DNA from: Tubiluchus corallicola
Lineage: Eukaryota; Animalia; Priapulida
Assembly (NCBI GenBank): GCA_030141605.1
Contig: JAQGDQ010000462.1
Coordinates: forward strand, 117,640-181,639
DNA: 64,000 nt
Direction of reading: 5' to 3'
In this document: positions 1-12,002 of the stretch, piece after piece
Numbering within the stretch: position 1 is the stretch's first letter
How the letters are laid out: each line of letters begins with the position of its first letter
Made by a program: the position numbers and the translations under genes
The notes under the pieces: generated by a model
Databases searched by the model: none
The model's input: only the letters and a program-made list of their open reading frames with translations
Told to the model about the DNA's origin: nothing

Positions 1-323
1 AGTATCAATATAAACTTGGGTGAAATTTCCTGCGATATCTTCTCCACACTTCTTGATACCTTTGTCATTCTTTGGGCAGTTATCAGGACAAAGTTTACCA
101 CTTCTTTCAAGGTGATCTTCTAACTGAATATCTGGCTTTTGATGACCACACATACAACATATTTCACTCCTATTGGTGAAATACGTTACGAAATCTAACT
201 TCGGACAGATCCATGTGCACTTGTTGCCTGAGTGAGTAAAATCTACACGGTAAGGACCAAATGTAACACGGAATATCAATCCAAATTTCTCTAGATTGTA
301 GCATCCAAGGTAGGCATTGTTTC
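1..323 (-). CDS. WSC-domain protein, exon 3 (WSC domain 2; runs off window)
   Basis: Acceptor gtgtttcAG before 323. The stop-free frame NNAYLGCYNLEK...KCTWICPK...CCMCGHQK...LCPDNCPK...KCGED...QVYIDT runs to base 1. It joins exon 2 via G|GA. Not in the ORF track. Confidence 0.85.
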
Positions 324-539
324 CTGAAACACATATGGCTGAATTATCGAATCAATATACAAAAACAATCGAATATCGGTGATACGATATCCAGGAGGGA
401 CATAACATTTTTTTAGTACTGAGCGTTTTTGGTAGTAGTATATGCTACTTCTAATACAAAATAGTAATTAATAGACATGCGAAGTCTGTAGATCGATTTT
501 GTGAAATTTAATCAGTGAACATAATTTAAGCTTGTTTAA

Positions 540-1450
540 CACGGTTTCCCCACATTACAAACTACAGATTAAATTACAGTAATTTTTATGTCAAGTACAA
601 AATGCGTTTCATCTCCAATTTTTCCTTCAATGAAATATCTACATATTCGATTGCTAACAGGTATTTTGGGTTACAATGCAGGCCTTTATCTATATACAAG
701 TTGTGAGAACTGATACACAGTTTAACAAAGTTCGATCTTAGTACATGATTATGTACAAAAGAAGATACTTCTCAGTTTCAAATTGTTGCTTAAATTTTTA
801 AATAGGTTCGTAGTTTATTAGCTTCGCCTGTTTTGCCTGTTACTTTAGTAACACATTCCTTCCAGTATATTTTATAACTTGTCCTTTAAAGCATGTAGAT
901 TTGGTTTGATCGACCCCTTACTGTTCCCAGATATGAGAAAAGTCCAAATGACGTAAAATGTTTCTTGCAAATTGTAACCAACATCCCGTATTTTGGTTTA
1001 GAAGAATTAATTTTCTTTTGTAGGTTTGGTATATCAATGTATTTTGTGGAGAGTTCAGTATTTAAGCCAGTATTTTATTGTCCTAGTTATAACGCCCACG
1101 TATAGAGGGAAGCGACCCAACTCTCCCCTGACCGCATGATTAACCAAAAATTTATTGTTGCCAAGAGCCAACTTACATAACTTTACATTAGGTAATTCTA
1201 TGAGTAAATCATCGTATATATTTTCAGTTGTAATTTCATAATTTTTTTTATATTTTTCTACTATTAAACGAGAAGGGGGACCAACACTCTGAAACATTTA
1301 ATGTGATTGGTTTTATTAACTATCAATTAAGTGTGTTAACAATTTGTAGCTTAAATTATCCCCACAGGATTTTCCTTGAATTTGAAAAAATTACTTCCTT
1401 TGTTGCATAATTCTTTTTTTTTGCTTTGGTAAATGACCTGCTTGCATTAA
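540..1450 (-). mobile_element. Decayed non-LTR retrotransposon ORF2 C-terminus (RTEX-like LINE) in intron 2 of the WSC gene
   Basis: Broken frames give CKLALG..NHAVRGELGRFPL..IKYW, then KLRTYLKFKQQFETEKYL, KLCISSHNL and RIC..DETHF. These are characteristic post-RT LINE motifs, with frameshifts. Confidence 0.75.
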
Positions 1451-2019
1451 GTACTATTGAAATCTACCCCATCTTTAGACATCCCTCTGGCTAGGCGCAT
1501 GCATCTAATTAGTTGCACGTGCCATGGGACAAAAGACCAAGTTAAAAGCAGTTGCAATGCTTTAGTGTAATCTTGTCCAGCAGCAATGCTATTCTGATTA
1601 TCTTAACGTACATAGAAGCACAGACTTATTTTAAGCAGGTTGGTGCGCTGATTATATGCATTTCAAGCATTTTGCGTGTTTGTTGAAAAAACTTTAGAAA
1701 ATGTAAACTGTATAGTGACAGCATATACATATATCAGATATCATATCAGCATACAGGATCATATTTTCTGCATAAGTATCCAATGGATTGCAGCTTCGCG
1801 CACATGCAAAAAATGAACATTATGAAGCGAGAGTTTTAAACATCCTCAAAGATACGAGTTAATTTTTCTTATGAAACTCTTTCTGCTCAGCATTTTAAAG
1901 AAACTGACCTGTAAACGTGAACCAAATGCTTGTGCAATTTCATATTTGAAATAAGAACAGAAACTAGTATAAGAATATAAATAGTTCGTCTTACAGAATG
2001 GATTGTGGTATACACTAAC

Positions 2020-2361
2020 CTCGCCGATATAGGCTGCCATACGAGGCTTCAAATTGCGCTCCACACGGTTCTGGATTAATGAGACTACCATATCTTATAC
2101 ATGTTTGATCACAAAAAGCCTGACTACTCACGGTCTCGGGTGAAAAATTACTACTGTTGCTGCATACGCACAGCATCGGACCTCCAATTAGACTAGCATA
2201 ATAGCCCATGTAAAGGTATCTTGGCCCTGGAAATGTGGTAGCTCTTCCAATGCATAACTGTCTACATTCATAAGTTTGGAAGAAACTGCTGGACTTCTGT
2301 ATTTCAAACAAGCTTGAATTGTAGCAGCCAATTGTGCGATAGCTCTCCCCGATAGTAAGTG
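2020..2361 (-). CDS. WSC-domain protein, exon 2 (WSC domain 1)
   Basis: Acceptor tcttt-attttcAG before 2361 and donor GTTAGT after 2020 give a 342-nt phase 1-1 exon. It translates LTIGESYRTIGCYNSS...ECRQLC...YMGYY...LCVCSN...FCDQTC...PCGAQ...SLYRR, which is the WSC pattern (GCY, Cx3C, CxC, Cx3C, CG, xY). Confidence 0.85.
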
Positions 2362-3295
2362 CTGAAAATAAAGACGGTGAAGTTATTGCACACTATTACT
2401 GGCACCTTCATCATCTTACAATTTCTACTTTTCCTGTAAACTGAGACTTTTTTACCAAACAGTGTTCAAATAGCGGTGCCCGATAGGCATTCGTAATTTT
2501 GACAGTAAAATATTGTGGGAGTTGATATGACGAAGTGTACCTGTACCTTTATTCCTGTTTGTTCCAGTACTGGATTAAGCACCCACTACCTGGTGCTCCA
2601 GCTGTTGCTTTTTCCGCGTTTCACCCCCTGCACGTCTCGTGCCTCAAAGCATACGCAGCGTGTGATACAAAATATGCGACATTATGAATAAAACATTAGG
2701 CCTATTATTATTGTTATTATTACCAAAACATTATTATTCCACTTTATTATAATGATTTCAAAATAAAATTTCAGTTAATAAAAACGAAGGTATCGTGCCT
2801 AAAAAGAGCAAAGCATTCACCATTTATAGTACGATTTCGATTTATTTTTTGCGATCTAAGTGTCTCTGAGCGTTGGTGCCTACAGTTGAATTGAACTGGA
2901 CAATTTGATTTCTTTCCTACAGCTCCGTAGACACCTGCTTATGGGTTAATCAACTCAACTTTAAACCTACTAAACGGTAGATAATTTCTCTCAGCAAGCA
3001 TGGATGTTTTTCAACGAAACAGCCAACTATTTCCAAAGAACAGACTTTTCTGGAGGCCTTTTAGCAGTTTGTACAAGTTTGCAGTGTGCACTTGAGTCGG
3101 TGGCAGAAACAGGTTCCAGAAAAGTACTGCTTAGCCTAAACGTACACATATTAGTAGCATCAGCAGTCACAGTCTGGGATTTTCTTATACATCAAGACTA
3201 TGGCTTTTACTAAATTACAGCAAATACACAAGCGCAAAAAATATTTGAGCACGAAGATTACACCCTCATGCGTAATTGCAAGTTTACGTTAGAAT

Positions 3296-3459
3296 GGTGT
3301 CTAAAGGTCTTGGTAATGCCCGAGCTGGGCACTTGGGGATGAGCTCCCAGTGACCTACAAAGTGGCTCCAAAAGGCTTGTGCAACTCTACCACCTCTGCC
3401 AGACAAACTCCTACGCTCTGCCTCCTCGTGGCGACACTGGTTTTACTAAATGAGCTAGG
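3296..3459 (+). ncRNA. HDV-like self-cleaving ribozyme (predicted)
   Basis: P1 GGTGTC (3296-3301) / GACACT (3433-3438) with G1.U wobble. P2 CCTACGCTCT (3410-3419) / ATGAGCTAGG (3450-3459). P3 GCC (3420-22) / GGC (3430-32). L3 TCCTCGT. P1.1 GG (3439-40). J4/2 CTAA with candidate catalytic C3446. Confidence 0.7.
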
Positions 3460-3660
3460 TGTGAAAGCGAGCTATTGGCGCTATAACCGATAAAAATGCT
3501 TGCGGTATGCCCACACTGTATCTCGACACTAGGCGGAGGAGCTGCACAAGCAGCCAACGGCTAGAGGGCGGAGGAGGTCAAGTGACCCAACGGGATATAT
3601 GGATCTCCATATACCTTGCCCAAGCGTGCGCCCTGGAGAGGCCACTTCAGTGACAGAAAC
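3296..3660 (+). mobile_element. Retrotransposon 5'-UTR-like segment (RTE-type) headed by the ribozyme
   Basis: A GC-richer, hairpin-rich block starts at the predicted cleavage G within AT-rich intron sequence. HDV-like ribozymes are known at the 5' ends of RTE/R2/L1Tc elements. No ORF or TSD seen. Confidence 0.5.
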
Positions 3661-4027
3661 AACGTTTCACAGATTTATTTATACTGTACAAGCCTGGCTC
3701 ACTAGAAAGCAAGCTTTAAAATTGTGATGCCTAGTGATACACAGTTCCAGTAAGCCTTTATTTCTTATCACCGTGACTTTGCTTTTCAATATTTTCATAA
3801 TGCAAAAATAGGAGCACTATAGAGAACAGTGTCCTTTGTCACCAGTTTTAGAGTTTCGATTTTTTATCGTTTGATTTAATACATTTAAAATTTTAAACGT
3901 CTTTTTGCTAAACTGTCCAAATTAAATCTGATCAAAGTTTACAACGGTTAGAAACCAAGTTAAGTTTTTCAGAAAGAAACAGTGATGACATCTATTAATA
4001 ATTATTATAAATAATAGCTAGCCTTAC

Positions 4028-4088
4028 CGTATTTAACGAGGAACATCGATGAAGAGAAAAAAATCAACAAGATCGTAAATTTCTCCAT
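4028..4088 (-). CDS. WSC-domain protein, coding exon 1 (signal peptide)
   Basis: Minus strand from ATG at 4088 reads MEKFTILLIFFSSSMFLVKY plus one G, then donor GTAAGG at 4027. It is 61 nt, phase 1, with a hydrophobic core typical of a signal peptide. It joins exon 2 in frame (G|CA = Ala). Confidence 0.75.
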
Positions 4089-4399
4089 ATCTGCACTGCC
4101 GCTGCATTACTTGCTGATTCAGTCACAAAAACACTGAAAAACTAACTCTTGCGAAATGGAACTTGAGCGCGTCAAAGACGTAAACTGTGGCCATTGTTTC
4201 TGATTAAATATGCGATTGTTCACGTCACCCGCATTGTTTTACGGAGTTCCAGTTAGAATAATGGTTTAACAAGACGTGAAGTAATACAGGCCCATCCTCC
4301 TTTTGCGTAGCACTAAAACACAATAGGCTGCCAAACGAATGACAGATTGAAAACGAAATAAAACTAAAATTGAACAAAGTCGTCCTATGGAGTTCATTG

Positions 4400-5435
4400 A
4401 TCCTTTTCTGTGTTCATTTGTACGTTTGCTTATCTGTCTGTGCGTCTATTTGATTCTGTGTTTGTTTGTGTGTTAGTTTGTCTGTCTGTACGTCTATTTG
4501 ATTCTGTGTTTATTTGTGCGTTTGCTCGTCTGTCTGTACATCAATTTGATTGTGTGTTTATTTGTGCGTTTGCTCGTCTGTCTGTACGTCTATTTGATCC
4601 TGTGTTTATTTGTACGTTTGCTCGTCTGTCTGTACATCTATTTGATTCTGTGTTTATTTGTGCGTTTGCTCGTCTGTCTGTACGTCTATTTGATCCTGTG
4701 TTTATTTGTGCGTTTGCTCGTCTGTCTGTACGTCTATTTGATCCTGTGTTTATTTGTACGTTTGCTCGTCTGTCTGTACATCTATTTGATTCTGTGTTTA
4801 TTTGTACGTTTGCTCGTCTGTCTGTACATCTATTTGATTCTGTGTTTATTTGTACGTTTGCTCGTCTGTCTGTACATCTATTTGATTCTGTGTTTATTTG
4901 TACGTTTGCTCGTCTGCCTGTACATCTATTTGATTCTGTGTTCATTTGTGCGTTTGCTCGTCTGTCTGTACATCTATTTGATTCTGTGTTCATTTGTGCG
5001 TTTGCTCGTCTGTCTGTACATCTATTTGATTCTGTGTTTATTTGTGCGTTTGCTCGTCTGTCTGTACATCTATTTGATTCTGTACTTATTCGTACGTTTG
5101 CTCGTCTGTCTGTACCACTATTTGATTCTGTGTTTATTTGTGCGTTTGCTCGTCTGTCTGTACATCTATTTGATTCTGTGTTCATTTGTGCGTTTGCTTG
5201 TCTGTCTGTACATCTATTTGATTCTGTGTTTATTTGTGCGTTTGCTCGCCTGTCTGTACATCTATTTGATTCTGTGTTTATTTGTGCGTTTGCTCGTCTG
5301 TCTGTACATCTATTTGATTCTGTACTTATTCGTACGTTTGCTAGCCTGTCTGTACATCTATTTGATTCTGTACTTATTCGTACGTTTGCTCGTCTGTCTG
5401 TACATCTATTTGATTCTGTACTTATTCGTTTGCTT
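4400..5435. repeat. 48-bp minisatellite (~21 copies) built of 4-bp TTTG/TCTG-like subunits
   Basis: Unit tttgattctgtgtttatttgtgcgtttgctcgtctgtctgtacatcta, giving 16-aa periodicity in the overlapping ORFs. Confidence 0.95.
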
Positions 5436-7639
5436 GATTTGCTTTGTTTGTTTCTTTCTCACTGTGACGCAGTGTAATAATTAAGTCTAGACGTTAGGAA
5501 ATCAGAGTACTGTGTTCAGGGTTCTCGAGCGTTTCCGTCCCTTTTACATGCTAAATCTACAGGATAATCATTCATTTGTGTAGACTACGTGAATTCGTGT
5601 CACTGGTGGAACACTAATAGCTAATATTTAGATTTAGAACTTAATCAGTAAAACGATGATAGGAAAATTGAATTGGTAACAATTTCAAACAATATCTAAT
5701 TCCCCCAAAATTAACGTTGGCCGGCTATCTTCTGTCTCTCATCAGGCTTTTGGCTCTATCAACCACGCTGTTGAGTCTCCAACCATACCACATCAGCTTT
5801 TCATCTCCAGCAGTCAGCCACGTCCTCGCCAGCAACCATTTGCAAATGGACCACGCTTAAAAACTGCTCTAACAATCCAGCTTTTGAACTCGTACCTGGT
5901 TGCCTCGGGAGTGAACTCTTGCCTGGTTGCTTCAAACTCCCAGTAATAAAGCCAGATATTGTCCTTTTGCAGGGTGACAAACAGAACCTTCAGACAAATA
6001 GACAGACCATTCGTCCATCTTACAAAACACGTAATGTTATACAAGTTTAAATAAACAGTGCAATAAATCAATCAGGTAATTAGATCATTAATTATGCACA
6101 CACAACATCATAGGAAAGATATATCAAAATAGGTGTTGCGACAATGATGGGTGGTATAACCGATCATCACACTCACCTTGATCTCTTTGTTGTTTGTGGT
6201 CTACAGATTTTTTGTTCTGGCTATGATTATAACACTTCCCTAGACCTGTCCTTTTAGTTTCAAATTTTGCAGCTATTGAAACGTTTTTACATGTAAAACA
6301 ACTAACGTAACAAAACTATAGCAAGTGAGCTGCTATAATACTTGAAACAAAATTAATTTTAAAAATCAATCATGAGATCAAAAACCTATCCTAGAGCTAA
6401 CATCCTACATTGTGCTGTCACATAAGAGGTTTTGCAAAACCATTTTGAGCGTATACATTGTGATGGTTTTTGGATTTTGGAAGACATCAGTATCCTAGAT
6501 AAATACAGAACAGAGTAATATTCAGGAAAATAAACAATACAACACTGATGCCCACAACGAAGAAATAGTTAACGAAAAACTATTCAACGTGAAAGCTTTA
6601 GATAGCAGACAAGATTGCCGAAAATGTTCGATTCAGTAACAGAATTAAACAAACAGTCATAAAAGCTAGCAATATGATACTGTAGAAGTTTTGTGTTTTT
6701 AACATTGCTTTAAAGGGGGAATATCATGCAAATCAAGTTAAACGTATTTTATAGTTGCCTTCCCTGTGAACAACTTGCAGAAATTTTTTAGCAGTACGCT
6801 CTCTAATTAATTAGCAATTAACGTTTTTGCAGGAAATGCCATGGAGCTGCGCTTACGCCTCTCACGGTGAAATAATGAGAGTATACACGCAGCGTGTTGT
6901 GATACTGCTCTACACGACTGGGCTAAAAATAAAGCTGTTATTACAACATTTCAGTATTTGATCTTTGGGTTGGATAGGTAGTCAGCTGATAGAAACGATT
7001 GTAATTACACTCGTTCGAATGTTTTCATCAAATTCTGCAAAAGCGATATATTTTACTACCGTCGAAAGTTAGAGGTCCATTATAGTATATTCTAATAGAG
7101 GTAAACAATCATTGCACAAAAGTAGACTGGCCTACATCATATTGTGAAAATTCTTGAGGCATTAATTGAAAACATCGTCAGCAATACAAGTTGCAAAAGT
7201 GTGGGCCTTGGTAACAAAAGTTCTTTTCTTGTAAAACAAGTAAGTAACTTCATTGTGCTAGAAGAATTAATGAATTTGTAAACACAGAGAAACTCATTGA
7301 AGCATAAATATAATACCAGTGTGACAATTTTTAGTGGCAGCTTCATTTTATCAGACTTGATAAAAAAATGTGTGAACCCCATGGACACATAGACTATAAC
7401 ATATTAGCTTATTCGTGACACACAAAATCAAAGATATGGTAATTGAAAAAAAATTGTCTAAAGTTTTAAAAAAAAAATAGTTACGAGGGGCGAACATACA
7501 GAAAAGTTGCCAATCAAGAATTTGTGTTTCGGAGAAACATTTTATTATACACATTACCAACATGGGTAAGACAAGTATGAAGCCTATATAGAAGCAGCTA
7601 GAATTCACTAATGTAGTAATATCGACGGCATGAGGAAGC

Positions 7640-8560
7640 ACACAGAGCCTCACGGTCGGTTCGAGGCTGATTAACGCCATTGTTATGAGAAAATGCAATG
7701 ACGTTCAGTTACAATGAGTTGTGAAACAATGTGCAAACTTGTCGTGCGAATTTCGAGAGATATTCGCTCGTTCTTCACTCGAAAAAACTTAAATAGCAAA
7801 AAACGCGAGGAAAATTATTTAGAATTTCACACTAATGATTTGCCACAAAATACAGTCGCTGGGTGTTTTGGTGACTGTTGGACTGTTCGAAAACGTTCGA
7901 TCGTTGCAAAAACGTCGAGACCCCGTGATATCCTAGCTCAGGGGAGTGCACACTGCGGCCGGCGAAGAGGTTTGTCACCGTAATGAAAGTGCGGCCCACC
8001 CGATCCAACTGAAGTCCGCGCCACTATCACAAGCATAGAGCGGGTAGTTTTTTCCTTTAGATCGGATGGCATTAACCCTTACAAAACCGTTGTCACTTAA
8101 TGTCACTGTCGGACATGACGAAATTTAACGTTGCTCACTTGGAACACAAAAAAGCGAGTAATCGCAGAACACAGCAAACTATCACGGAAGCCGCCATTCA
8201 AACGCTCAAATGTGCAAGAAATGCGAGAAATAATCTGATTGGCTGGTAGGAAGACCAATTTTATTAGAATGATCTTAAATTTTTTGTCTTGATGCGAAAG
8301 AATCTTTTACATCAGTGTGGCGATTTTCAAGCGATTTCGTTTTTTTCTTATAACATCTTGATGAAAACTTCGGTAGCTTTTTGCGCCACTTGAAATAACA
8401 CCGGAGTTTAGTAAAGTTGAAAAAAATCGTGTAACAAAACCTTTGTATACATGTATTCGATTTTTCAGGAGAATTGCATGACTTGCTATACAATTTCGCT
8501 GGCCTATGAAACACGAAGCGCCGGCTATGATACTCGTTAGTTGTCATGAAGTTCGGGTTT
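7640..8560. repeat. Interspersed repeat family copy (relatives at ~13390-13990 and inverted at ~16540-16680), interrupted by a hAT-like fragment
   Basis: Shared strings cgaggctgattaacgccattgttatgaga (7652 and 13401) and ttttcaagcgattt, with the reverse complement aaatcgcttgaaaa near 16650. Confidence 0.7.
7938..8115 (+). mobile_element. Partial hAT-like MITE (same family as 41258-41748)
   Basis: Aligns by eye with 41315-41472 (gcgaagag.tttgtca..taatgaaagtgcg...gcgggtagtttttt...tagatcggatg.catta.cccttacaa). Confidence 0.6.
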
Positions 8561-8779
8561 CACGATTCACCTGCGGCAAGGAAGCCAAGGTGAATTGACT
8601 TACGTATGGTTTGATAAGTAACCTAGTCAAAATATTTTTAGCTGCTGAGCTGACATGAAAGACACAAAATGTTTACTGAGCGTTATGGCAGCAGGAAAAA
8701 TTCTTGTTTTTTGTTTACTGTCGCCCCAAAGCATGGTGTGCATGTTGAGCTAATTTTCAAGTCTGCTGATGCCCGATTA

Positions 8780-10800
8780 GAAGCTGGCAAATATGGAATG
8801 GCGTGTGAAGAGGAAGAGATTGTAGTTACGCCTGGTGGTTTAATGAGTGTTACGCAAACACAGGGTACCGGTCCTGGAGCCTTCCCTAAACCGAGTGTGA
8901 TGAAGAGAATGTTTCCTGACTTGCTTTCTGTAACTGATGGGATATATCAAACACCTGTGGTATAATCCACCTGTCTCTACTACATTACGTTTTCCCGGAA
9001 TTTTTCCTGGCGATATGAAACACTTATTCTTGCCCAAGCTTCCCAATCCTAAAAGTATTACTCTAGAATCTCTTGTCACGGTAGATGCGGAAGTAGCTAA
9101 AATGCTTTTACTGTTGCAGCAAGCGAAACTTGAGGCTGATGTTCAAACTCAAGATTAGAGCTGGAACTCGAAATGTCTACAAACAGGTTGGTACACAGAG
9201 AAGCTGCCACTCCCTTGAGTGTAGGAGCCTCAGTTCTTCTATTGTGTAAGGGACCTAGTTTGCCTGCGTCAATTCAGAGAGTGAAGCTTGGCAAACACGA
9301 TGAGGATGGCAAAGACGATATGCAGGCTTTCCTGGATTAGTTCCAAACTTGTGCAGCTGCAAATGGCATTGCTAAAGCTCACTGTGTGCTTCATTGGGAC
9401 CCGGTTTCAGTGGGCGGGCAGCAGATGCCCTTCACCAAATATAAGTTGAGCAGTTGCAAAACTATCCTGCCCTTTTGAGCTCTGATCTTTAGCTTGAGCA
9501 TTTTAGGAAAACGCCAAATCTGATAATGAATGCAACCGTCAGTCGCATCTGAGAATGGACCGTGTATTGCTAGACTGGCAAATCTCTATTGGGGCAAATA
9601 CAGTGGACAAGGTCCTTAAAGCTTTCATCGTGGAGCAGTTCTTACTCACATGCAAAGAGAACTAACTATGTATTTACTGCAAGAAAGCGTGGGGCCACAC
9701 AGAGCTTTATCAGAAAAAGCTCACCAGTATGTCACCACTCAGTCAGTCAAAATGACTCATAAACTAACCGTTCAGCATCGTAAGACCAGTCCAGTCAAAA
9801 TTCTAACAAAACTAGTACGAGTGCTGGTGTGAGTGGTAGAAATACGAGAGTAGACTGCTATACATGCTGGAAACTGGGGCATAAAACCAACCAATGTCGT
9901 TCACGTGCCACTATTGAAAACAGACGAAAGGGTTTAGAAACCAAGCAAGATGACTTCAAGTCTAACAGGACTGCTCATATGGGTAAAAGAAAATGGCAGC
10001 CTTCAGTTGATAAAATGCTACTTTGCAATTAACGGTAGGCCTGCGCAATGCCAGCGTGATACTGGGGCGGAGGTTAGTTAATTTAACCCTAAATTTGTAC
10101 TTTTAAAGCAAATTCTTAATCAACCATAGCATCGCGTATGATGTATTCATAATCACGCGTGCGATTATTCTTTATCTGACAATGAAGTCACTGCACCTCA
10201 GTTTCAAGGAATATTGACTGTGTGCGCAGCGCCTGACTTGCTCGTGAATTTTCTGCTAGGCAATAATTTTGAGAAAGTTTTGCATTCCTTCCGTGACAAT
10301 TATATGATGTAAACGTTACACGTGATTTTAGGCAATCTGCAGTGCAAGCGTACTGAGCTATCTTAACAGCAACCCGTTTTTGCTATAACTCGTTCAAAGG
10401 CAGCATAACTTGAAAAAGAACATTCGTGGAAAGTGAGAGTGGATTAGTGGTCGGGCACTCATCCCCTGAAACGCATGCGCATTTGTTGAAAGCGAGTATG
10501 AAAGAGCTTAAGCGGGAACAGCTGCAAGATGCGAGTCAACGAAGCCTGTTGAATAACGCTGTCTCAATTAAACAGGTTAAAGAAGCGGGATCAGGTCATA
10601 TCCTTCATGCAGGTGTACTTTATTACCTGTGCAAGGACAAGAAAGAGTTGCTGGTTCTTGCACGTTCTCGTAGGAAGCAAGTCCTAGCTTTAACCCATGA
10701 CAAACCTATGGCTGGCCACTGAGGCATTAACAGCTAGAGTGATGCAAGAATATATATAGCCACGGGTCAAGGGCAGTGTACGTCATTATTGATCATCGAA
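8780..10800 (+). mobile_element. Decayed Ty3/Gypsy LTR retrotransposon internal region (SCAN-type gag, Gmr1-like order)
   Basis: Gag DDMQAFLD*FQTCAAANG (~9315). SCAN-like IVEQFLTHMQRELTMYL (~9627-9680). CCHC knuckle CYTCWKLGHKTNQC (~9857-9898). Protease RDTGAEVS (~10056). Integrase-type ..RRKQVLALTHDKPMAGH*GI (~10670-10730). Stops and frameshifts present; no LTRs identified. Confidence 0.8.
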
Positions 10801-12002
10801 GCGTGTTTGCAAATTTCTAAGGTCCACTGTCCATGAATTACCAACATTAGATTTCTGTTATAGTTACAATTCCCTGAATGGAATTAAAATTTATTGTGTT
10901 AATGCACAGGCTCTGGCAGGGGGCGCGCTGATGCACATGTGTCCACAAATTTTCTTGTGAAATTTTTTTTTATGCTAAATAAATTTCTTTTGCAGTAAAC
11001 CATGAAACACATGAACCTCTTTTTTGTCTGTGCAACCCCCAAGCAAAAAGCTGATTTGCATAGAGAAGTTATGTTTATGTATGTCACTTACATAGTGTCA
11101 ATTCTTTTATCTTTGTATCTTGATGTAATACCAATACAGTCCATGTGTGCGAAATAATAGGAATCTTATTCTTATTCTTTATTGATTTCGGTTGTCTGGA
11201 CACTGTCCATTATTGTCTCAGTTGTCCAGCAGACAGCTTTTAGCTAACTGTAACTGCATTTCTGCATTAATTTGTTTAGTGTCAAGGTTATCTACACAGC
11301 AAAATGTGGATAGCCAAACATAAAACTGATTTGAGACTGTTAAGTTTGCAGCCCACCCATTGTTCATACACAATTAAACTTACGTAATGGGTCACCAGCA
11401 TTGCAGTGTATTACGAAGTTGCTTTTAAGATAAATGACGTGTACAATAAAATTTAATGAATATTACCTAGGTAAATGTAGGTAAAATGTTTTTCTTAAAA
11501 CGTAATTTTTCACGTTTCAGAAAATCTGTGTACGAGAATTTAGATCTCTTTTGTGGCCTCCAAAATGTGCTTAAAAACAGGAAAATATGTTGGTACCCGG
11601 GGCTCTGCTCGTGACCCCACTGGGGGACACTAGCACTTCCCCAGACCCCCTAGCTGAATGTGCGTCAGTTTTCTGAACTCCTAGGCTCATGTGCCTAGGC
11701 AAATTCCATTCAATTTATGCTGCATCACAGAGGTCGTGATATGCATATAGCATATCGCATACTTTCTTATTTATCAAAACTGAATGTAAAAAAATCTATA
11801 TAAATTACATTGTTTTCACCCCAAACCTTTGTTACGCAGAACCCTCTCTGCCCATTGTTTTCTTCCCGTGTCGCGTAGCATGCATGAAAACAATGCGATC
11901 CTACTGTTTGTCAAAAGAATACACTAGGTTTCTAAACGATTTACAGAATTTTGTTTTAAAAGCAAGATGGCACTGCTAGCTGCAATTTGTCTCTCAAATT
12001 TA

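Noticed and set aside
4410-5484. ORFs of 355, 328 and 214 aa
   Set aside because: They are translations of the 48-bp tandem repeat and are open in several frames on both strands.
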